The translations under genes and the position numbers were made by a program. The notes below the pieces were generated by a model. That model was not told where the DNA came from. It saw nothing but the letters and a program-made list of their open reading frames with translations, and made no database searches. From the IMG/VR virus record IMGVR_UViG_3300008216_001605, positions 1 to 11,531 of that record: 11,531 bases of DNA. The stretch is one strand, 5' to 3'. Below, in pieces: positions 6,628 to 11,531 of the stretch. Each line of letters begins with the position of its first letter. The stretch's first letter is position 1.

Positions 6628-7085
6628 TAACGACTAGAATTTTAGATCTCACTAGGGCAGTGACCCCACCTACTTTAACAGAACCTTTAGATGAACATGA
6701 TACTGTGTGGATAGCACAAAGATTATTGGATGCCAATCTGATAGGCGGTGCAATGCAACGCAAAACCCTAGACAGTAAGTATTGGACTTGCACCCGTTTG
6801 GATTTCGATGCTATAATCAAGTGGGATTGGACGGACAATAAAAAATATGTAGCAGAAAAATATGATTGCGATAACTTTGCCTTTAGCTTTAAAGCCAGGA
6901 TGGATAGAAAATTTCATTTAAACAATGTGGGATTGGTGGTTGACTATTCGGGTGGACACGCTTATAATTGTGTCGTCTTTTCGGATGGCACGGCCGAACT
7001 CTTTGAGCCACAGAGCGATTTATTCACGACCTCCCAATTAGGGACTGGATACTATAAATGTGAATCGGGATTTATATTAATATAA
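6618..7085 (+). CDS. Papain-like/transglutaminase-like cysteine protease (MOA lectin C-terminal, Agglutinin_C-like domain)
   Basis: Motifs YDCDNFA (Cys), GHAYN (His) and FEPQ (Glu) in the family order, preceded by D-x-x-Y. Confidence 0.75.
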   Translation: MGIITTRILDLTRAVTPPTLTEPLDEHDTVWIAQRLLDANLIGGAMQRKTLDSKYWTCTRLDFDAIIKWDWTDNKKYVAEKYDCDNFAFSFKARMDRKFHLNNVGLVVDYSGGHAYNCVVFSDGTAELFEPQSDLFTTSQLGTGYYKCESGFILI

Positions 7086-7312
7086 TGATTAATGATAATG
7101 AAGAAAAATATAGGGAATTATTAGAGGCCGTTAGACCCCATTTTCCAAATGACCTAGCACAAGCATATGCTATAGTAACTGCTACCATTGGCCCTATCTT
7201 TAATACCGTTTTATTACAATTAGTGTGGAGACAATTAGAATTAGAATATATTCCTGATTGGACGAAGGCTCTACCATATGAAGTCTTTATCCAACGATTT
7301 AGTCTGAATTAG
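7085..7312 (+). CDS. Hypothetical protein
   Basis: 75-aa ORF coupled to the upstream gene by a TAATG overlap. Confidence 0.65.
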   Translation: MINDNEEKYRELLEAVRPHFPNDLAQAYAIVTATIGPIFNTVLLQLVWRQLELEYIPDWTKALPYEVFIQRFSLN

Positions 7313-7450
7313 TATCTTCCCAGTTAAATCGGGGGAGTAAGGAGGTGATCCATTCTCACCTATGGGGGCGTCTGAAAATGATGCCCCCAACCACTTGACT
7401 CATTTGGCTAAATGTGCGAAGATGGTGAAAATAAATTTTGAGAGGTGAGC
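7313..7450 (+). ncRNA. Structured RNA element with an extended 16S-complementary sequence (putative sRNA or translational leader)
   Basis: Stem 7316-7321/7332-7337; TAAGGAGGTGATCCA at 7338-7352; stem AGGTGA (7343-7348)/TCACCT (7356-7361); 10-bp GC-rich stem 7363-7372/7380-7389. Confidence 0.55.
7362..7448 (+). CDS. Possible 28-aa leader ORF
   Basis: MGASENDAPNHLTHLAKCAKMVKINFER*. Its TGA lies inside the SD of the next ORF, but the start is at the base of a hairpin and the SD spacing is long. Confidence 0.25.
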   Translation: MGASENDAPNHLTHLAKCAKMVKINFER

Positions 7451-7525
7451 ATGGAAATTAATGACCCAGTTAAAGCTTTTTGGATATTTATTATCGTTGG
7501 CATATTAGCATCTATGATATTATGA
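7451..7525 (+). CDS. 24-aa hydrophobic single-TM peptide (not in the ORF track)
   Basis: SD GAGGTGA (7442-7448) close to ATG 7451; MEINDPVKAFWIFIIVGILASMIL*; stop overlaps the next ATG (ATGA). Confidence 0.55.
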   Translation: MEINDPVKAFWIFIIVGILASMIL

Positions 7526-7821
7526 ATACAGAGAATAATGAATCCCCCATGCCCGAATGGGCCAGATTAGGAACTGAATTAATAGAAGGGTCAATGGAGA
7601 CACCTTTTTATGAGGAAGCAGTTCGTTTATTAAAGACCCCTGGAGTAGACCCAGCTTTATATATGTTTTTCTGCTCTTTACCACAAGGATACATATATAT
7701 AACTAATAAGTATCCGGTAGGTACGTGGTCAGTTGAAGAAGTAAGAAGATTAATGCAATGTGCTTTTATGTTAGGAACATATGTAAGGAAATCAGTTGAG
7801 GAAGTAGAAAAATTATGGTAA
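7522..7821 (+). CDS. Hypothetical protein
   Basis: Start revised to ATG 7522 (ATGA coupling) rather than TTG 7480. Confidence 0.65.
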   Translation: MNTENNESPMPEWARLGTELIEGSMETPFYEEAVRLLKTPGVDPALYMFFCSLPQGYIYITNKYPVGTWSVEEVRRLMQCAFMLGTYVRKSVEEVEKLW

Positions 7822-8018
7822 TGTCCTATTTAATTACGTCTAATGCAGAATATAATACTAGAATTAATGAGATTGAAGACAAGATTGATAGAATGTTAGA
7901 TAAATTACAGACTTTAGAGTATAATATTAATATAATATCTACTGCTTTAAATAAGGAGTTAGATAATATATCGGATATAATTAGAACATTAGAGGGTAAT
8001 CGCCATAAAGTAGGTTAG
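7815..8018 (+). CDS. Coiled-coil hypothetical protein
   Basis: Heptads INEIEDKIDRMLDKLQTLEYNI; start 7815 or 7821. Confidence 0.65.
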   Translation: MVMSYLITSNAEYNTRINEIEDKIDRMLDKLQTLEYNINIISTALNKELDNISDIIRTLEGNRHKVG

Positions 8019-8029
8019 GAGGGACTAGT

Positions 8030-8854
8030 ATGAGTTTATCTAAAATTGAAATTCATGAGAAGGTTTTATACCCAGTCACAAAAGTTTTAGCTGGGCAAGC
8101 AGGCGGAAGTGGAGTATTGGTTTATAGTGAAGAAGACCCCGATAAACCTAATAACTACATAAATATAGCTTTGACATGTCAACACGTTATTGATGGGGCC
8201 ATTAAAGTATCTGAACAATGGGATAACGTTCTTAAAAAGGACGTAAAGACTGACGTACTAGAAGAAGTTCGTATTGAAGTCTTTGACTATGACAAGAGTA
8301 AAGTAGTGTCTGCTAATTCTACGACAGCCCAAATCATTGCGTATGATAAACACCATGATTTAGCTGCTGTTAAATTAAATAATACTAGACCTATGGCTCA
8401 TGTAGCTAGTATTATTCCCAAAGAAGAAATAAAAGACTTACAAGTTGCTGATCCTATATGGGTTAGCGGTTGTTCGCTCCTTCATGACCCCTTTCCCAGT
8501 CCAGGAAATCTAACGTACCTTAGAGAAATCATTGACCAGAAATCATATGTAATGCAGAATGCTCCTAGCATCTTTGGAAATTCTGGTGGTGGTTTGTTCC
8601 ATGGAGATACTGGACATTTATTGGGGCTAACGTCTAGAATTACTTCTACTCAATTAGGATTCGGTATAGATATTATGACATGGATGGGATTTAGCACCCA
8701 CCCAGAGAGATTATACGAGTTCTTTGAACACCAAGAACTTCAGTTTTTGTTTGACTCTACGGATAATTATCATGATGCATTACATCGTAGAGACAGTCGT
8801 AGGCACGAAGCTTTACGAAATCTCTTGTTTGAATCTAAGGGAGAAAGTCCATAA
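8030..8854 (+). CDS. Trypsin-like (S1/HtrA-like) serine protease, stand-alone
   Basis: GSGV, ALTCQHV (His), HDLAAVKL (Asp), IFGNSGGGLF (Ser); SD AGGAGG. Confidence 0.9.
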   Translation: MSLSKIEIHEKVLYPVTKVLAGQAGGSGVLVYSEEDPDKPNNYINIALTCQHVIDGAIKVSEQWDNVLKKDVKTDVLEEVRIEVFDYDKSKVVSANSTTAQIIAYDKHHDLAAVKLNNTRPMAHVASIIPKEEIKDLQVADPIWVSGCSLLHDPFPSPGNLTYLREIIDQKSYVMQNAPSIFGNSGGGLFHGDTGHLLGLTSRITSTQLGFGIDIMTWMGFSTHPERLYEFFEHQELQFLFDSTDNYHDALHRRDSRRHEALRNLLFESKGESP

Positions 8855-9162
8855 TGTTAGATGAACGAAGATGGATAGCTCAGAACTGGAAGATTCCCGA
8901 TACAGTACATTGGCATCCTTGTTGTCAGGAACACCCAGACGTTTCAATCCAACAATCTTTAGTAGGAAAGACATCTTCTGATGATTCAGAGAAAACCTCA
9001 GTAACTTTTAGATGTCCTAGAGGTCATGAGTATGAAGCTCCTGAACCCTTTATTCTTACTACACCTGATGCAGAATGTAATTCTGGCCCGTTATGTATTT
9101 ACTGTTATGTTACATGGTTACATATTAATATTGGCACAGAAGAATTTATTGTCAAAGATTGA
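8854..9162 (+). CDS. Cys/His-rich putative metal-binding protein
   Basis: HWHPCCQEH, CPRGH and C-x5-CIYC; TAATG coupling. Confidence 0.65.
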   Translation: MLDERRWIAQNWKIPDTVHWHPCCQEHPDVSIQQSLVGKTSSDDSEKTSVTFRCPRGHEYEAPEPFILTTPDAECNSGPLCIYCYVTWLHINIGTEEFIVKD

Positions 9163-9163
9163 T

Positions 9164-9367
9164 ATGTTGGTCAAATTTGGATATTGTAGGATATGTGATA
9201 ATGGGCCAGACAAACAAAATAGGCATTGGGTACAAGATTTAGTACAAGGGCAAATCATCGCTACCTCAATATTACGAGAATGTACTAGTTGTGGGACAAC
9301 ACCCCCCAATAAAAATTTACTATATATAGAAGTTAAAGTGGCTCAATTAGGCAAGGAATATGAATAA
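9164..9367 (+). CDS. Zinc-ribbon protein
   Basis: Start revised to ATG 9164, just after the upstream stop; CRIC...CTSCG. Confidence 0.65.
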   Translation: MLVKFGYCRICDNGPDKQNRHWVQDLVQGQIIATSILRECTSCGTTPPNKNLLYIEVKVAQLGKEYE

Positions 9368-9530
9368 ATGGGAACATAGGGATAATAAATTAGAGAAAAA
9401 AAGAAGGATACCTTTTCCTATCTTTAAAGAAATAGTTCCTAAAGATAAATCTAAACAAAAGGAGATTAAACAAGCTAGACGGGATAAGGAAGCTTTTTGG
9501 GATAACCTGGATTCAGAGGGTGATGAATGA
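9360..9530 (+). CDS. 56-aa charged hypothetical protein (not in the ORF track)
   Basis: MNKWEHRDNKLEKKRRIPFPIFKEIVPKDKSKQKEIKQARRDKEAFWDNLDSEGDE*; overlaps both neighbours, with ATGA coupling to 9527. Confidence 0.6.
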   Translation: MNKWEHRDNKLEKKRRIPFPIFKEIVPKDKSKQKEIKQARRDKEAFWDNLDSEGDE

Positions 9531-10027
9531 ATATAAACAGTGATTCTTTTGATTGTGGACATGAAGAAGGTGGAGATGAAGAACCCAAGGTAATTCATCT
9601 TACTAGGGACGAAGTGTTGTATATAGATGATAGATTGACTATGATGATTGAAAAGGATGTACGGGCAGAAGGTTTTACCACTGTAGTTCCTATTGTAGCT
9701 AATGCGGGTTTACCGGCACCAGTAGATTTATTAGATAAAATAGGTATGGCGGTCTTAGAAGTTACTGATGAAGACTATGCAGAGGAATTAGTATCTGTTT
9801 CAGTAACAAGTACAGATTTATATATGTTACGAGAAATTGCAAAAAGTTCTCTTAAGTTAAATGGCAAGTTTGTAGGGCTAGCTTTAAAGAAAAAGATATA
9901 TAAGATTCTCTTTGAAGAAGAATACAAGGCAGATCGTACATTTAAAAGATTGCTTTCAGACATTCATTTAGACGATAGTTTAGAGAGTGAATCATCTAAG
10001 CTCGATTGGAGTGGAGAGTCGGGGTAA
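9527..10027 (+). CDS. Acidic hypothetical protein
   Basis: 166-aa ORF with SD-like GAGGGTGA upstream. Confidence 0.75.
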   Translation: MNINSDSFDCGHEEGGDEEPKVIHLTRDEVLYIDDRLTMMIEKDVRAEGFTTVVPIVANAGLPAPVDLLDKIGMAVLEVTDEDYAEELVSVSVTSTDLYMLREIAKSSLKLNGKFVGLALKKKIYKILFEEEYKADRTFKRLLSDIHLDDSLESESSKLDWSGESG

Positions 10028-10032
10028 TCTAG

Positions 10033-10063
10033 CTTAACATTAATACCACCTCTTAATGTTAAG
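10033..10063. repeat. Perfect 11-bp inverted repeat
   Basis: cttaacattaa / taccacctc / ttaatgttaag. Confidence 0.8.
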
Positions 10064-10091
10064 GGCGGCACTAGGTTACTCTGGTTCTTCC

Positions 10092-10124
10092 AAATGGGTT
10101 CTCTCTTAGAGAACCCATTTCTTA
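10092..10124 (+). terminator. Perfect 13-bp hairpin, terminator-like
   Basis: aaatgggttctct / ctt / agagaacccattt, followed by ctta. Confidence 0.6.
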
Positions 10125-10135
10125 TAGGAGTACTT

Positions 10136-10375
10136 ATGATAGAAATTATGGCGGGTAGTACCCTACTAGGTATATCTTTATTTTTAGCCATTATTAATTG
10201 GAAAATTTATAAAGTAACTGTAGAAATGTTAAAAGTTACTGTAGATATACATTATAGAACTTTAGATTTATTAAAGTGTACTCAGAAAACTTATCAAATA
10301 TTGGGGGGCGAAGATGGGTTGACAATTGCTGACGCAAGTGCTAAAGTAATTCAGACAAAAAATTCAAACCATTAA
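10136..10375 (+). CDS. Membrane-anchored hypothetical protein
   Basis: Start revised to ATG 10136 after AGGAG; TM segment LLGISLFLAIINW. Confidence 0.6.
   Translation: MIEIMAGSTLLGISLFLAIINWKIYKVTVEMLKVTVDIHYRTLDLLKCTQKTYQILGGEDGLTIADASAKVIQTKNSNH
10319..10347 (+). promoter_or_regulatory. Sigma70-type promoter with extended -10, inside the 3' end of the preceding ORF
   Basis: TTGACA (10319-10324), 17-nt spacer ending in TGc, TAAAGT (10342-10347). Confidence 0.55.
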
Positions 10376-10385
10376 GGAAAAGTTT

Positions 10386-10613
10386 ATGTATTATTCCGTG
10401 AAGTCAGACTTTATATGTATGGGGGAACCTTATAATGTACAAGCTATAGTAAAGGCTTATAATTATGCTAGTGCCCAAGTTGCACTAAATTGGCTGACCA
10501 AAGCTAAGACTTGTATGTGTAAGGAATGTTTAGAAAGTTATAAGAAAGATCATTTAGTTTATATAGAACTACCTGAACATATGCCAGTTTATAATATGTG
10601 TGTAAAACCTTAA
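10386..10613 (+). CDS. Cys-containing hypothetical protein
   Basis: 75 aa; TAAGGA upstream; CMCKEC motif. Confidence 0.6.
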   Translation: MYYSVKSDFICMGEPYNVQAIVKAYNYASAQVALNWLTKAKTCMCKECLESYKKDHLVYIELPEHMPVYNMCVKP

Positions 10614-10650
10614 GGCTGGCAAAGATTTTTGGAAAGACGTATCAGTATGG

Positions 10651-10689
10651 AGCTATAGCAAGAATCATTAAGAATGATTCTTGGTAGTT
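10651..10689. repeat. Long intergenic inverted repeat/hairpin
   Basis: caagaatcatt / aag / aatgattcttg (10659-10683), extended by agctat/gtagtt with G-U pairs. Confidence 0.75.
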
Positions 10690-10725
10690 ACTTCGCAAAA
10701 TTAACCCAAATTTAGGAGGTCTTAA

Positions 10726-11001
10726 ATGGTAGCTAGGAGAACCCAGAGCAAAAGCTCTGATAAGAATCAGGTATATCTTGCAAAAGCACGACAAGCAGCG
10801 TACAAATTGGCACAACAGAAAGGGTTTATTACTTCGGATGATGTTGTTAACGTGGTTGGGATGCCCAGTTCCCCTTCGGTAGTTGGCTCTATCTTCAAGG
10901 GTAATGGATTCACTAGGGTTGGTTACACGTCTTCTACTCGTAACTCTGCTCATGGCAGGGAAATAGGGGTGTGGCGTTTAAAGTCTAAGCTTCTAAGTTA
11001 G
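10726..11001 (+). CDS. Basic putative DNA-binding (winged-helix-like) phage protein
   Basis: SD AGGAGG; ITSDDV...VVGSIF...STRNSAHGREIGVW pattern resembles small phage wHTH-like proteins. Confidence 0.6.
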   Translation: MVARRTQSKSSDKNQVYLAKARQAAYKLAQQKGFITSDDVVNVVGMPSSPSVVGSIFKGNGFTRVGYTSSTRNSAHGREIGVWRLKSKLLS

Positions 11002-11017
11002 GCTTAGACTATTTCAA

Positions 11018-11062
11018 ACCATTCCCCAGTTTTGCGGAGGCTGGGGAATGGTCTTCAGTTAT
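11018..11062 (+). terminator. Terminator-like hairpin
   Basis: accattccccag (11018-11029)/ctggggaatggt (11041-11052), then cttcagttat; preceded by a second stem agtctaagc/gcttagact (10982-11010). Confidence 0.65.
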
Positions 11063-11079
11063 TTAAAGAGGAGTAAAGA

Positions 11080-11169
11080 ATGTTTAACCCATTTATGATG
11101 ATAACTAATTTAGGAATTCTAACAGGTGTTTGGATAACGTTAATTTGTTTACTATTAAATGTTATTTAA
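11080..11169 (+). CDS. 29-aa hydrophobic peptide (not in the ORF track)
   Basis: SD GAGGAG; MFNPFMMITNLGILTGVWITLICLLLNVI*. Confidence 0.5.
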   Translation: MFNPFMMITNLGILTGVWITLICLLLNVI

Positions 11170-11343
11170 ATGGCTCCAAAACAAGTAACATATCCAGACG
11201 CATTAGAAATATTAAGGGGGGCATATGAGCGAGAGAAAATACAACTTACTGCCCATATATCTACCTTGGAAGTCTCAATATCTCAACTTAAAGTTAAGAT
11301 TAAGAAGCTTGAAGAACAAGCTGCGAGAAGGGGACTCAAATGA
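11170..11343 (+). CDS. 57-aa coiled-coil protein (not in the ORF track)
   Basis: MAPKQVTYPDALEILRGAYEREKIQLTAHISTLEVSISQLKVKIKKLEEQAARRGLK*; leucine-zipper-like heptads. Confidence 0.6.
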   Translation: MAPKQVTYPDALEILRGAYEREKIQLTAHISTLEVSISQLKVKIKKLEEQAARRGLK

Positions 11344-11368
11344 GTTTACCACTGGAGGAAACTAAGTA

Positions 11369-11531
11369 ATGGATTGTTTCATTTGTAGGAGCAGTGAATC
11401 GAAGGGGGGCCAAGATGCCAACAGGTAAAGACCAAGTGGAATACAATCGGGGATTAACGAGGCTGGCAGAGTCTGCTAGGTTGACCGATGCAGAAATCTT
11501 AGCCATGTTTGAATCAATCTTCGGCCCGAAT
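11369..11531 (+). CDS. Hypothetical protein, truncated by the window end
   Basis: GGAGG upstream; MDCFICRSSESKGAKMPTGKDQVEYNRGL... open to the window end; start uncertain. Confidence 0.5.

Noticed and set aside
7338-7352. 16S rRNA gene fragment on the minus strand
   Set aside because: Identity to 16S stops after 15 nt (TTCTC follows instead of the GCC/ACC expected), so no rRNA gene is present; kept only as a motif.
7395-7423. TTGACT as the -35 of a promoter
   Set aside because: The hexamer at 17-nt spacing (GAAGAT) is a poor -10; not called as a feature, although not excluded.
9026-9163. N-terminal extension of ORF 9026-9367 (similarly 7480, 6051, 6397, 10094 and 3783 starts)
   Set aside because: Downstream ATGs have better SDs or stop-start coupling, and the extensions overlap other genes or hairpins.
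10614-10700. c-di-GMP-I riboswitch-like words (GGCAAA, GAAA, AGCTATAG)
   Set aside because: The paired stems, the GCAAA junction and the tetraloop receptor could not be built; this would need an Infernal hit.
161-10953. Minus-strand ORFs in the track (e.g. 489-845, 3525-3794, 4763-5089, 5591-5842, 9347-9598, 10642-10953)
   Set aside because: They mostly lie antisense to well-supported + strand genes and show no recognisable motifs; the hydrophobic 489-845 frame is a mirror of the GAA-rich scaffold codons.
1-11531. CRISPR array, tRNA, integrase/transposase, intron/intein or stop-codon recoding
   Set aside because: No repeat-spacer periodicity, cloverleaf or catalytic motifs were seen, and genes tile densely under the standard code with TAA, TAG and TGA all used as stops.

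Overview
The window is a fragment of a tailed dsDNA phage genome (Caudoviricetes-type; phage versus prophage cannot be told here), with all credible genes on the + strand. Positions 174-5300 form a head module: an acidic scaffold-like protein, an HK97-type major capsid protein with a beta-rich insertion, a GC-rich terminator, a coiled-coil/TM holin-like protein, a likely virion decoration protein, and a multi-domain HK97-family prohead protease carrying a HiPIP-like 4-Cys domain. A sigma70-type promoter at 5333-5360 opens a more AT-rich accessory region of short, tightly coupled ORFs. These include a metallothionein-like protein, several zinc fingers, a papain-like (MOA/Agglutinin_C-type) cysteine protease, a trypsin-like serine protease and several micro-membrane peptides. 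The most unusual element is a structured intergenic RNA at 7313-7450. It carries a 15-nt perfect complement of the 16S rRNA 3' end and an anti-SD segment that can switch between this 'super-SD' and the SD of a downstream 24-aa hydrophobic peptide. All family assignments come from motif recognition by eye; no searches were run.
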